Positions 36,626 to 46,954 of a DNA stretch of 64,000 nt are shown piece after piece. The position numbers and the translations under genes were made by a program. This stretch comes from a virus: positions 1 through 64,000 of the IMG/VR virus record IMGVR_UViG_3300042564_004498; one strand, given 5' to 3'. How positions within the stretch are numbered: the first letter of the stretch is position 1; every line of letters starts with the position of its first letter. The notes beneath the pieces were generated by a model, which saw only the letters and a list, made by a program, of their open reading frames with translations, made no database searches and had not been told where the DNA came from.

Positions 36626-39600
36626 TTATTTCCAAACTTCAACACCTAACCAACCATTTTTAGCGTCAATATCTTTTCTTGTTCCAATAATCAACACATT
36701 ATATTCTCCATCACAATTTGATGTAAAACTAACACATGTTTGTCCAGAATCTACAACACCATATGCACTACCAAAATGGTTTTTTGGTGTAACAAATACT
36801 TGGTCATCTTCATTTAAGAATTTATAATAATCAGGTAATGCTAAAGATGCACTACAATTTGTAGTCTCTATTTTGTATCTATAAATATTATCTCCTTTTG
36901 TTGGTGATTCCACAAATGAGTGTTGTAAATATTTTGTTTGTGTTTTACTTGGGTCTGGATGATTAATTCTAAAAGTACCACTGGCTTTTGATAAAGCATT
37001 TGTATATGTGGTACAAGAAGCCGCCGCAGATAAGTTAGACCCAACAATATTAGATTTGACATAGGTAGAGCCAATAGTATTACAAATTCCACCTAAAATA
37101 GCATTACAAGCATCAGAAATACAGTTACAAAAACCACCACCAATAAATGATAAACATGAAGTACCACAGTTGATAATTTGATTTTGGCATCCACCAACTA
37201 TTGTTGATTTACTAGAACAAATAGTGTTAGCAAAACCTCCACCAATAAATGAAAAAGTTGAAGTACCACAGTTGATAATATTATTACTATAACCACCGAC
37301 TATTGTTGAAAAACAAGAACAAATAGTGTTGACACAACCACCTCCAATAAATGAGTGATTTGAATCATTGCAGTTTTGAATACAATTCTTATAACCACCG
37401 CTTATTGTTGAATATTGAGAAGAGAGACAGTTTTGTCGACCACCACCAATTGTTGACATATAACCACAAATATGATGTTTATTTGCATACCCACCACCAA
37501 TAGTGTTATAACCGACCATTTCAATTAGGTTATTTTGTCCACCTGAAATGTTGCTAAAATAACCACAACGAATAATGTTTCCATAACCACCACTAATTGT
37601 TCCGCAGCTACTACCACATTCTATTTTGTTTCCACAACCCCCACCGATAAAACCGTTATTGGTACTAATACAAATATGGTTAAACTTTCCTCCTACGATT
37701 GAATTCATGTAACCTGTTGAGATAATATTTCTATCACCACCACCAATAAATCCACAATAAGTGTTTGATGCCGAATTGTATCTACCACCTCCAATAGTGT
37801 TCATATACCCATAAACTGAACAACTACCATATCCACCTCCAATTGTTGAAAAAGTACTACCCTCTAATTTATTAGCAACACCTCCAGCAATTGTTCCATA
37901 TGATGAGTTACCGTCAACCCCATTGCCATTACCACCTCCAATTGTTGACGCATAAGCATAACCACAATTACCAACTCCTCCACCAATTGTTGAGTAGTTG
38001 CTGGACGATGTATTACCTCTCCCACCAGCAATCGTACTACTTATCCCGCAATTACAATTTAAGGCACCACCACCAATTGTTGAACAGTTGTTTAATGTTA
38101 TGCAGTTGCAGGCTCCACCACCAATTGTTTGATAACTCCCAGAAACACTATTTAATCTACCACCCCCTATGAAATCAAAACTTCCACAAGAGCAGTTACA
38201 ACAACCACCACCAATTGTTGATGCGGTAGTATTAACACTTCCATAATCACCTCTTACCGTATTACATAGTCCACCACCAATTGTAGCAAAACAATGATTA
38301 CCTGCAGTATAATTACAAAATCCACCACCAATTGTTGAAACAACAACTTCTGCCCTATTAAGACAACCACCACCAACTGTGGAACCATAACTAGTAGAAT
38401 TACAGAATCCTCCTGCAATTGTTGATAAACATCCTGTGGCTGTATTTTGAAATCCTCCACCAATAAAACTATATTGTCCTGCAACACATGCGAATGGTGC
38501 TGTGGTAAAAACACATGAGAATCCACACCAAACACCTCCACAGGTGTTATTTCCAACACCTCCGGCAACTACCGCACCATAGGATAAACATCCACAAGTG
38601 GAATTACATACAAAATTACAGTTACCTCCTCCAATAAATGAAGCAAATCCATTAGATTTATTATTAATACCACCACCAATTGTTGAGGTTTGACCTGAAA
38701 CACTATTACCTGTTCCACCTCCAATTGTTGAATATTCTCCTAAATTACAATTGTTATTACCACCCCCAATTGTTGAATAATTACAACACATTTTATTACA
38801 TAGACCACCGGCAATTACACTATATGAACCACCACCAATGGTATTAAAAAACCCACCACCAATAGTTGCATCACCACTTATGTTTGAGTTGCAACGACCA
38901 CCACCAATAAAACCGTAGTTGGCACTGACAGTATTACGAAAACCACCACCAATTGTTGACCAGCTACCATAACCACATGCCTGATTACAACAACCACCAC
39001 CAATTGTTGAACCTCCACTAGCACTTTCTATTAAGTTACAACAACCACCACCAATTGTTGAAGATTCACCATAACCACTTATAGTATTACGACGACCACC
39101 ACCAATTGTTGAAACAGGAGAAGTAGATGCGGTATTACAAATACCACCACCAATTGTTGAACCTGAAGAATCTACATCTACGATGTTACAAGAACCTCCT
39201 GCAATTGTTGATAAACATCCTGTGGCTATATTTCGAAATCCTCCACCAATAAAACTATATTGTCCTGCGTTACATGCCGTTGGTGCTACGGTGAAAGCAC
39301 ATGAGGCTAATGTCCAAGTCCCACCACAGGTGTTATTTCCAACACCTCCGGCAACTACCGCACCATAGGATAAACATCCTGAAGTGGAATTACATACAAA
39401 ATTACAGTTACCACCACCAATAAATGAATCAATTGAATAAGAACGATTAGAACGCCCACCACCAATGGTTGAACGACAACAACATGTTTCATTAGAACGC
39501 CCACCACCAATTGTTGAACCCTCACTATATGCAAAATTATTACTCCCACCACCAATGGTTGCATACGGAGCACTCAATTGGTTTTGGAACCCACCACCAA

Positions 39601-40420
39601 TAAAGGAATAATTACTATTGCTATTAATGCGGTTATTAAATCCACCACTAATTACGCCACGATTACTACCAGTATTAATTATATTAAAATCTCCTCCTGC
39701 AATTGTTGAAAATGAATTCGTGGTTATAATGTTACTAGCTCCTCCTCCAATAAATCCACAATATGACGAACTCGTTGTATTTTTATCACCACCAGCAATT
39801 ACATTTGAACAACCATAACTACTCATTGTATTTTTACATCCACCACCAATGAAGGACCTACAATTGTTAATATTAATACTATTAAGATATCCACCTGCTA
39901 TGGTAGAAAAACTAGTACATACATTATTACCAACACCTCCACCTATTGTTGAATAAGAACTGTTTGCGTCTGTGCAATTACTACCGCCACCCGCAATTGT
40001 TGAAGAATAACCACAACTGTAATTACCAAAACCTCCACCAACAGTTGAATAGACGGAATTTGATACATTTTGTCGACCACCACTAATTGTATTAGTGGGT
40101 CCGCAATTAGAATTATAAACACCACCGCCAATTGTTGAGAAGCAACAAACCACACAGTTATTACAACCTCCACCAATTGTTGAAGAAATCCCGCAATTGC
40201 ATATTGTATTACAATTCCCTCCACCAATTGTTGCACAATTAGCATTACAACTTGTGTTACAAGTTCCGTTCACAAATGAACCAACTCCTGTTGCAGTGTT
40301 ACCTGTACCAAAAGTAATACTTCCACATGTACCTTGACATAATCTTTGGACTACGTTTGATGCTGTGCAAAAATCAATCTTACTCTGTCCTGGGGTTATT
40401 AATATATCTTGAGCCATCAA
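36626..40420 (-). CDS. Cys-rich beta-helical repeat fibre/adhesin with C-terminal chaperone-like domain
   Basis: Dozens of S(T/F)IGGGxxN repeats; C-term KASGTFRINHPDP...YLQHSFVESP...IYR typical of phage fibre tips. Confidence 0.75.
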   Translation of the reverse strand: MMAQDILITPGQSKIDFCTASNVVQRLCQGTCGSITFGTGNTATGVGSFVNGTCNTSCNANCATIGGGNCNTICNCGISSTIGGGCNNCVVCCFSTIGGGVYNSNCGPTNTISGGRQNVSNSVYSTVGGGFGNYSCGYSSTIAGGGSNCTDANSSYSTIGGGVGNNVCTSFSTIAGGYLNSININNCRSFIGGGCKNTMSSYGCSNVIAGGDKNTTSSSYCGFIGGGASNIITTNSFSTIAGGDFNIINTGSNRGVISGGFNNRINSNSNYSFIGGGFQNQLSAPYATIGGGSNNFAYSEGSTIGGGRSNETCCCRSTIGGGRSNRSYSIDSFIGGGNCNFVCNSTSGCLSYGAVVAGGVGNNTCGGTWTLASCAFTVAPTACNAGQYSFIGGGFRNIATGCLSTIAGGSCNIVDVDSSGSTIGGGICNTASTSPVSTIGGGRRNTISGYGESSTIGGGCCNLIESASGGSTIGGGCCNQACGYGSWSTIGGGFRNTVSANYGFIGGGRCNSNISGDATIGGGFFNTIGGGSYSVIAGGLCNKMCCNYSTIGGGNNNCNLGEYSTIGGGTGNSVSGQTSTIGGGINNKSNGFASFIGGGNCNFVCNSTCGCLSYGAVVAGGVGNNTCGGVWCGFSCVFTTAPFACVAGQYSFIGGGFQNTATGCLSTIAGGFCNSTSYGSTVGGGCLNRAEVVVSTIGGGFCNYTAGNHCFATIGGGLCNTVRGDYGSVNTTASTIGGGCCNCSCGSFDFIGGGRLNSVSGSYQTIGGGACNCITLNNCSTIGGGALNCNCGISSTIAGGRGNTSSSNYSTIGGGVGNCGYAYASTIGGGNGNGVDGNSSYGTIAGGVANKLEGSTFSTIGGGYGSCSVYGYMNTIGGGRYNSASNTYCGFIGGGDRNIISTGYMNSIVGGKFNHICISTNNGFIGGGCGNKIECGSSCGTISGGYGNIIRCGYFSNISGGQNNLIEMVGYNTIGGGYANKHHICGYMSTIGGGRQNCLSSQYSTISGGYKNCIQNCNDSNHSFIGGGCVNTICSCFSTIVGGYSNNIINCGTSTFSFIGGGFANTICSSKSTIVGGCQNQIINCGTSCLSFIGGGFCNCISDACNAILGGICNTIGSTYVKSNIVGSNLSAAASCTTYTNALSKASGTFRINHPDPSKTQTKYLQHSFVESPTKGDNIYRYKIETTNCSASLALPDYYKFLNEDDQVFVTPKNHFGSAYGVVDSGQTCVSFTSNCDGEYNVLIIGTRKDIDAKNGWLGVEVWK
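38409..39428. repeat. internal ~230-bp direct duplication in fibre gene (38409-38642 and 39195-39428)
   Basis: Near-identical DNA encoding GGGNCNFVCNST.GCLSYGAVVAGGVGNNTCGG...AGQYSFIGGGF.N.ATGCLSTIAGG. Confidence 0.85.
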
Positions 40421-40488
40421 TTAAATTCGTTTCTTATAAATACACGATAAAAAGAAATTATCACATATAATAACATTTAGTTCATCCA

Positions 40489-41307
40489 TTAATTAAAATA
40501 TAAATAGTTTTTATATTCACTTAACCCCAACTCCAAATTGTATTGTGGTTTCCACCCTTTCATCCATTTGTCTTTATTAGAACAAGTGTAGAATTGATAC
40601 CCTGTCGGGATTAGATTTTCATTATGATATGTAAATGGTATTTCCATGATGTTCATTACATCTTCAAAACTTCTTGATTCCCCGGAACCCACATCGTAAT
40701 GATTAAGATTTAATTCATTATAATTTAGAAATCCAAAGATGTTTGCTGATACAACATCTTTAACATAAATGAAATCCCTTGTTGGGTTTTTTGGAAATAA
40801 TTTACATTCATTACCAAGATTATGTTTGATAAATGACTGGTAGGCAACTGAAGACATTTTTCCCTTATGTTCTTCTCTTGGTCCATAAACATTAAAGTAT
40901 CTAAGACCGATTCCATTATTTGAGATTACATATTGTTCAGCGACGTATTTACTCCACCCATATAAGTTTGATGGATAATTATTGTTTTCACCATAATTGG
41001 CAGCTGATGATGAGTAGATTAGTTTGGAGTTATTTTCTTTACTCCAATCCGTTAACACTTTTGTAAATTCAAAATTTAATACCATCATGTAGTTAACATC
41101 TTTTTCCAAAGTGTCCGAACAGGCTCCGACATGAAAAATTCCTTGAGGGTTATGTTTTATTAGAGTTGATACTAAATCTGATTTCCAATTGTCTGATTGA
41201 AATATGTCTTCGTTTATTTCAATAACCTTATAATTCAATGATATTAATTCTTCTTTAAGGTTTTGACCAATAAATCCTTTTGACCCTGTTAATAATACTT
41301 TTATCAT
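40489..41307 (-). CDS. hldD: ADP-L-glycero-D-manno-heptose 6-epimerase
   Basis: TGSKGFIG, FHVGACSDT, YSSSAANYG, YGWSK, GLRYFNVYGPREEHKGKMSSV, RDFIYVKDV, YQFYT. Confidence 0.88.
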   Translation of the reverse strand: MIKVLLTGSKGFIGQNLKEELISLNYKVIEINEDIFQSDNWKSDLVSTLIKHNPQGIFHVGACSDTLEKDVNYMMVLNFEFTKVLTDWSKENNSKLIYSSSAANYGENNNYPSNLYGWSKYVAEQYVISNNGIGLRYFNVYGPREEHKGKMSSVAYQSFIKHNLGNECKLFPKNPTRDFIYVKDVVSANIFGFLNYNELNLNHYDVGSGESRSFEDVMNIMEIPFTYHNENLIPTGYQFYTCSNKDKWMKGWKPQYNLELGLSEYKNYLYFN

Positions 41308-42044
41308 GGTGTGGCAACCCCTCTTTTTGATACTACGATTGATGCCATTTTATTGGCGAAGATTATAGATTCCTCAACATCTTTGGTTTCCAAATATTTT
41401 AATGTGAATGATGATGTGAAAGTATCTCCTGCCCCACTAACATCAATGGTCTCCTTTGGGTTAGGAGATGGATAAATTTTACCTTGGTATTTGGCACCGT
41501 TACTTCCAAGTGTAATAAGAAGTTTATTTAATGAGCTATCATTAAAGTTATGTTTGGAAAATTCAGATTCGTTTAACTTCACAAAATCAAATTTATTAAC
41601 AAGGTCATCTCCAATTTGTTTCTTTGTGTCAATAATTGAGAATTGAGCGTGTTTGGTTATTTCAAATAATACCTCATCATTAAGGAATCCTTTATTATAA
41701 TCACTTATAATAACTGCATCCACATTTTTTAATGCGTTTAACTTTGAAATATTTAATTCTAATGGTTCAATATCAGATTCACCCTCATCAACTCTTAAAA
41801 ACATATGATTACTTTTCTTATCAACATATCTTGTTTTTGTAATGTCTTTGTTTTGGTACCAATGAATGATATGTAAATCTTTATTCAAAGATTTTAAGTT
41901 CTCAACAACATTACCTGACATACCTTTGTTTTCCGTTGTCTCTATTGGTGTTAATACGGGCACAGGCGCTTCAGGAGACAATCGTTTTGTCTCCACATAA
42001 ATAAATCTATCTAAACACAACTCACCTATTACTATTATTCTCAT
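41304..42044 (-). CDS. hldA: heptose-7-phosphate kinase (HldE/RfaE domain I)
   Basis: RLSPEAPVPV, SDYNKG, DVSGAGDT. Confidence 0.85.
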   Translation of the reverse strand: MRIIVIGELCLDRFIYVETKRLSPEAPVPVLTPIETTENKGMSGNVVENLKSLNKDLHIIHWYQNKDITKTRYVDKKSNHMFLRVDEGESDIEPLELNISKLNALKNVDAVIISDYNKGFLNDEVLFEITKHAQFSIIDTKKQIGDDLVNKFDFVKLNESEFSKHNFNDSSLNKLLITLGSNGAKYQGKIYPSPNPKETIDVSGAGDTFTSSFTLKYLETKDVEESIIFANKMASIVVSKRGVATP

Positions 42045-42423
42045 ACTTCAATATTTTTGTTGTACTATAATCTAGTAGTTTTTTATAAAACACTAATTCT
42101 TTTGCGTGTTCACTACCATAAACAATTTCATTCCTATAGTCATCACCAACCACCATATAATCAGGTTGATATTCTTTCACACAATTAATTAGTTCTTCTC
42201 TTGAATCAAACACCACGACTTCATCCACAAATTTTAATGACTGAAGAAAATATTTTCTATCCTCAACATTATTAAATGGTCTACTCTCACCTTTAAGTTC
42301 TTTCACCCTTTTGTCCGAATCTATTCCAACCACTAACACACCTAAAGATTTGGCGTATTCCAACATCTTAAGATGTCCGGCATGAAGAACATCAAATGTT
42401 CCATTTACCCAAACTTTTTTCAT
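42022..42423 (-). CDS. hldC: heptose-1-phosphate adenylyltransferase (HldE/RfaE domain II)
   Basis: NGTFDVLHAGH, GIDSD.RV..LKG..RP, STT. Confidence 0.85.
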   Translation of the reverse strand: MKKVWVNGTFDVLHAGHLKMLEYAKSLGVLVVGIDSDKRVKELKGESRPFNNVEDRKYFLQSLKFVDEVVVFDSREELINCVKEYQPDYMVVGDDYRNEIVYGSEHAKELVFYKKLLDYSTTKILKYENNSNR

Positions 42424-42725
42424 AGTTCTTCTATCCTTATTGACTTATCACAAATGTATAAATCATAATGTGGTTTATGGTTCATCCTTAGTTCGTGGAA
42501 TTTACATCCCCAATCGTTAAGTTGTTGTTTTGTTAATTCTACATAGTCAACTTTTGTTGCCGCACCTCTTGCAGTATAATAAACAATTGTATTACCTTGG
42601 TCATACAATTTATTTATTTTAGATATCTGTTCTAATCGTGGTGCTGCATCAGAATAAGGTTTTGCTATTGTGCAAATTGTCCCATCGATGTCTACATAAA
42701 TTACTTTTGGCTGTCTCCCTTCCAT
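42420..42725 (-). CDS. minimal HAD-superfamily phosphatase
   Basis: DIDGT, YTARG, KP.YD.YICDK. Confidence 0.8.
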   Translation of the reverse strand: MEGRQPKVIYVDIDGTICTIAKPYSDAAPRLEQISKINKLYDQGNTIVYYTARGAATKVDYVELTKQQLNDWGCKFHELRMNHKPHYDLYICDKSIRIEEL

Positions 42726-43087
42726 ACTCTATATGAATCTGAATCAAAATGTTCTGTTGATACTTCAAACACTACCCCATCGGTTATTGCTTCCAATTGA
42801 TGAGGTTGACCTGGTCTTTGTCTAACCACATCACCAACTTTAAGATGTTGTTCAATTACTTCTGCGGTTTCGGTATTAATCCATCGGTAAATAAATTCAC
42901 CTTCATTCACATACCAAGTCTCATCCTTAATCATATGATAATGCATTGAGAATTTTGCGCCTTGTCTAAACCGAAGTAATTTTCCGCAATATAATTCATG
43001 ATTGGCAATAATGATTTCTTCGCCCCAACCTTTTGGGATTTTGCAACCATCACATTCAATCACATTAATAACTTTGGGTGTTTCCAT
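42701..43087 (-). CDS. cupin sugar-phosphate isomerase-like protein
   Basis: KGWGEE...YCGKLL...FSMHYH..KDETW...PH...EVST...DSYR. Confidence 0.75.
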   Translation of the reverse strand: METPKVINVIECDGCKIPKGWGEEIIIANHELYCGKLLRFRQGAKFSMHYHMIKDETWYVNEGEFIYRWINTETAEVIEQHLKVGDVVRQRPGQPHQLEAITDGVVFEVSTEHFDSDSYRVWKGDSQK

Positions 43088-43135
43088 AAGATAAAAGTAA
43101 TCTCATCACCAAAATTTGTAAACAAAAAACCCTTC

Positions 43136-43996
43136 TTAGGAGAAGGGTTGTTTTTTTCTTTTAATTGTTTTGGTATCGTTATCTTTAACAGAGTAAATTA
43201 CAAACACATCTTTCTGTGGATAAATTAAAATGTCCACGGCTTTATGTCTTCCTTTACTAACATCTTTCTTGAATGACTCACCTTGTCCTTCACTTGATTT
43301 CACTTGTATTGTTTTTACCTCACCTCTTGAAGATTTGAAAATTAAATCTGTTGAGAATATCATATCAATAAAATCTCCGTCTCCACCTTGGTATAATAAT
43401 TCATAACCTGGTATTGACCCAATTGTATCGGCAACTTCATTTTCAATTTTTTCTCCCCATTCAGAATTTCTTCTAATATTGGTAGTGTAATCCAATAATT
43501 CATTGGGAGAACTCAAATATTGACTAAAAAGACCTGATAAGTTGTCTTTATACTTCAATAATACTTCTTTTACCTCATCTTCATCTTTGGAATTACTTAT
43601 TGTGTTAATAATTTCAGTAGCGGCTGGACGACCATTATTTTTAGATAAAAATAACAAATCGGTTAAAAGTTTAGCTAAATCGGAAAAATTTGTGTTTAAT
43701 TTGTTAACAGGATGCCATTTACCATCAATATAAACTAATCTTTTACTTGGAAGACTTTCCAAAAATCTATTATAAGTGTAATCATTGATTTTACCGTTAT
43801 CTTTTAAGATATTGACCCCCATAATATATCTTTCAATATCATCTTCTCCAATATTTGTTTTGATTTCATCAAGAATATTATCGATTATTGATTGTAAACC
43901 TAAACCATCATTTCTTGATAACCAAGATTTTAACTTATTCAACGAGTTGAATATTGACTCATGGTCACCTTCTCTTTGTTCTTTTATTAATTTCAT
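43136..43996 (-). CDS. leader-bearing PD-(D/E)xK-like nuclease (paralog of 11665)
   Basis: MKLIKEQ; WHPVNKLNTN; GEKIE...DMIFSTDLIF...TIQVK. Confidence 0.55.
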   Translation of the reverse strand: MKLIKEQREGDHESIFNSLNKLKSWLSRNDGLGLQSIIDNILDEIKTNIGEDDIERYIMGVNILKDNGKINDYTYNRFLESLPSKRLVYIDGKWHPVNKLNTNFSDLAKLLTDLLFLSKNNGRPAATEIINTISNSKDEDEVKEVLLKYKDNLSGLFSQYLSSPNELLDYTTNIRRNSEWGEKIENEVADTIGSIPGYELLYQGGDGDFIDMIFSTDLIFKSSRGEVKTIQVKSSEGQGESFKKDVSKGRHKAVDILIYPQKDVFVIYSVKDNDTKTIKRKKQPFS

Positions 43997-43997
43997 A

Positions 43998-44858
43998 TTA
44001 ATGCTGTACTCTTAATCTATCGGTATTATATCCCAAACTTTGTATTAACTCACGAACTTCTTCAGTAAAAGTTGATGTATGTCTCCACGCATTACTTTTA
44101 AAAGTTAAGTTAATTAGTCCACCAACATTATTAGTTGATGTATTAAATTTCACTGAGTGTAATACTTGGGAATTAGGGAGAGCTCTAATTTTCTTTTTTA
44201 TTTCTTTATTTAATGTTTGTTTGACCCATTCATCGACCCCCTGATATACAAATGCACCACTCATATTTAAATCTAATTTTCCGTGGGTAACACTACCAAT
44301 TTCAACACCAATAAAATTAGTTAATGTTTCCATAAAGTCATTTCCCAATTCCGCGGCTCGATAATTTTTTTCAGATTTATCACGAATTGACTTATCAAAA
44401 TCAACACTAAAAAAACCATTTACAACATAAGGAGAATCTTCAGTTAAATTAAGTGTTATCCATTCAGGTAACTCTAACCTATCAGTAAAAAAAGTAATCG
44501 CCTTTTTGTACCTTTCAAGAAAAAGTCCTTCATTTTTAAGACTTGGCATTTTGTGAACGCCTTTTTGTGCTAATTCTCTTCCAACATTAACCATAGTACG
44601 ATAAGCACCATAATAACCTGTAACCACATCAGCAGCGCCATAATCTTCTGCAAATTCTTTCATATGATTTTTAATCAATAAAGAAAGAGGGTATTGACCT
44701 ATTTCATCACCGTGGTTTTTTTTAACCCATGGTCTAAAATAGTTCACAAAAACTTCAACAAAGTCTTCATCCTGGTATTCTTTTGGATTAAAACTTTCTA
44801 AGACAGTTCTTACAACTTTCTCAAGGTCAGATTCGGTAAGTGTGTGTATTTTTTTCAT
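43998..44858 (-). CDS. leader-bearing hypothetical protein
   Basis: MKKIHTLTESDLEKVVRTVLES. Confidence 0.75.
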   Translation of the reverse strand: MKKIHTLTESDLEKVVRTVLESFNPKEYQDEDFVEVFVNYFRPWVKKNHGDEIGQYPLSLLIKNHMKEFAEDYGAADVVTGYYGAYRTMVNVGRELAQKGVHKMPSLKNEGLFLERYKKAITFFTDRLELPEWITLNLTEDSPYVVNGFFSVDFDKSIRDKSEKNYRAAELGNDFMETLTNFIGVEIGSVTHGKLDLNMSGAFVYQGVDEWVKQTLNKEIKKKIRALPNSQVLHSVKFNTSTNNVGGLINLTFKSNAWRHTSTFTEEVRELIQSLGYNTDRLRVQH

Positions 44859-44861
44859 TAC

Positions 44862-45032
44862 TTATAAATACTCATTAGGAATGATATGCACAACTTTATT
44901 TGTCATCCCATTCATAACCCGATAAATTGTGTTTTTTTGTTTTTCACTAATAGTGTCAAGAGTAAGCATAAACTCGTAAAGACCTCTTGTCAATTTAAGT
45001 TCCATATACTCTTCAAATTCTCTAGATTCCAT
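44862..45032 (-). CDS. hypothetical protein
   Basis: ORF from MESREF. Confidence 0.5.
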   Translation of the reverse strand: MESREFEEYMELKLTRGLYEFMLTLDTISEKQKNTIYRVMNGMTNKVVHIIPNEYL

Positions 45033-45102
45033 AATACAAACAAAAATAAACAAAAAACCCCACTTAATAAAGTAGGGTTATATTATTATTTGATTTCAAA
45101 AT

Positions 45103-45696
45103 TTAAAATCCTAAAATTTCGTGTCGTTTAACCGTATCAACAATATCTAAATAGAAATCTTCAAGGTCTCTTTCTCCTGATTCAATTTGATTAATAATTT
45201 CTTGTCTTTTATACCCTGTATTTTTATCAATGAAGTCAATCATTTCATCGTCAGTAATACCTTCAGGTTTTATTGGCTCAGGTATACACTCATGGTCTCT
45301 TTCAACAACACCAATGTCATCAACATATAATCCCGTTTCACCAACCATTTCTTCAAATTTAGGTATCATAATATCTTCATACCACTCTTCAATCACATGT
45401 AGCACAAAAGATTCTTTAACGGTAAACAAAGATTGTATTGTTTTAATAAAGTTTTTAGAAACAATTAAGTGTCCCCCTTCAAAATTTTCATCTTCAAAAT
45501 AAAATATTGCTGTAATCGCCTCTACCCCATCAACACACCAATCCTCCCGAAGATTACCATAATTACGAGATTTTTGTGTGATTTTTCTCTGACCTTCTTC
45601 AATATATTGATTTAGGTATTTTGTAATTGCGTTTTGTAACACGGGACTACTTTTTACAAATCTTTTATATTGTTCTTCAGTTATAATGTATTTCAT
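45103..45696 (-). CDS. leader-bearing hypothetical protein
   Basis: MKYIITEEQ. Confidence 0.75.
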   Translation of the reverse strand: MKYIITEEQYKRFVKSSPVLQNAITKYLNQYIEEGQRKITQKSRNYGNLREDWCVDGVEAITAIFYFEDENFEGGHLIVSKNFIKTIQSLFTVKESFVLHVIEEWYEDIMIPKFEEMVGETGLYVDDIGVVERDHECIPEPIKPEGITDDEMIDFIDKNTGYKRQEIINQIESGERDLEDFYLDIVDTVKRHEILGF

Positions 45697-45760
45697 GTTA
45701 AATAAATAGTTTTGAAATTAAAAACCCCCAACATAGTTGAGGGTTTCTTTTTTCATTATG

Positions 45761-46318
45761 TTAATTTTCTTCAATTTTTCGTTCATCCATCACTTCACGA
45801 TAACCCTCATATAACGAATCTCTAAGTTGATATAAGTTATCATAAATTTCGTCATGATAATCATCATCGTTCATCATCTCTTCAAAATCAATCCCCTCTT
45901 CATAATCTTCAATATCGTCGTAGTCTACGGCGTATACAAATGCACCAATAGGGGCATACCCTTCATCTTCATATGTTCCATAAACAACGGTGTCTCCACC
46001 AAGTACTTCAACAAGTTTTTGTAAATACTCTGTCGGAACACTCCAAGCTGACTCAATTACTAAATCAACATCTGATGAATACTCGTCTATTTCAGATTCA
46101 ATGGTAATCCATTTGGAACCAACATTCTCGGTCATCCATTCTCTATCCATAAAATTATCAGGTTCACTAAACTCAGTCCCGTATAATTTATTGATATTAT
46201 TTACAATATCCACATATAAAGTGTCATCACTTTTACTTACAAGAAGTTCTTTTAATTTAATAAAAGTTTCTTCGTTAAGATTCTCAACCTTAACATAAGT
46301 GGTCATGGTATTTGCCAT
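45761..46318 (-). CDS. DUF1281/YubB-like ferredoxin-fold protein
   Basis: EWMTENVGSKW...ESAWSVP. Confidence 0.55.
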   Translation of the reverse strand: MANTMTTYVKVENLNEETFIKLKELLVSKSDDTLYVDIVNNINKLYGTEFSEPDNFMDREWMTENVGSKWITIESEIDEYSSDVDLVIESAWSVPTEYLQKLVEVLGGDTVVYGTYEDEGYAPIGAFVYAVDYDDIEDYEEGIDFEEMMNDDDYHDEIYDNLYQLRDSLYEGYREVMDERKIEEN

Positions 46319-46488
46319 TAATTCTCTAAAATTGATTTGCCCAAAATTAACGGAGAACCTGTTTGACTCTTCACAACTGTGAAATGAGAATCATACTCCT
46401 TGATGAATAAGGTGTCATCTTTACCAAATAATTGTCTGTAATTGTTTTTTGCGTAGTCTTCTACTTGTTTTGAAACTTCTGGTGTCAT
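46318..46488 (-). CDS. 56-aa hypothetical protein
   Basis: MTPEVSKQVEDYAK...; TAATG overlap with next gene; absent from ORF track. Confidence 0.6.
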   Translation of the reverse strand: MTPEVSKQVEDYAKNNYRQLFGKDDTLFIKEYDSHFTVVKSQTGSPLILGKSILEN

Positions 46489-46557
46489 ATTTTTAATTAT
46501 TAAATTATACTGTCACAAATATAGAATAAATTTGTGACAAAACAAATTAATTTTTAA

Positions 46558-46920
46558 TTAAAAAGTTCCAACATCATTTACTTGAAGACCCGTATGTCCT
46601 TCAAACCATTCTTTTACCATTGGTTTCCAAGAATCTTCACCAAAATAAGCATCAAATGACCCATAAATCCCTTTTGGTAATACCAAGAATGGACAATCCA
46701 TACTTGTATTGATATCATGGTTATTACAACTTACCCACCACATATGGTCGTAGTCGTCAAATTCAGGCATCCCTACCAAAGAAAAAAAATACTCAGGCTC
46801 ATTATCATCATATGGTGATTTAAATCCATCATATGGAATTAATTTATCATTGATAAATTCTAAAATGGCGTTGTTACGCTTCCAATTATTTAATTGTTGT
46901 TCGGTTATAATATATTCCAT
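46558..46920 (-). CDS. leader-bearing protein, paralog family B
   Basis: MEYIITEQQ; KEWFEGHTGLQVNDV. Confidence 0.75.
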   Translation of the reverse strand: MEYIITEQQLNNWKRNNAILEFINDKLIPYDGFKSPYDDNEPEYFFSLVGMPEFDDYDHMWWVSCNNHDINTSMDCPFLVLPKGIYGSFDAYFGEDSWKPMVKEWFEGHTGLQVNDVGTF

Positions 46921-46954
46921 CTCTAATAAATACTCTAACCTTTTAGTTTGGGTA

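Noticed and set aside
38409-39428. Diversity-generating retroelement template/variable repeat pair
   Set aside because: Both copies are in frame within one gene, differences are not adenine-specific, and no reverse transcriptase is in the window
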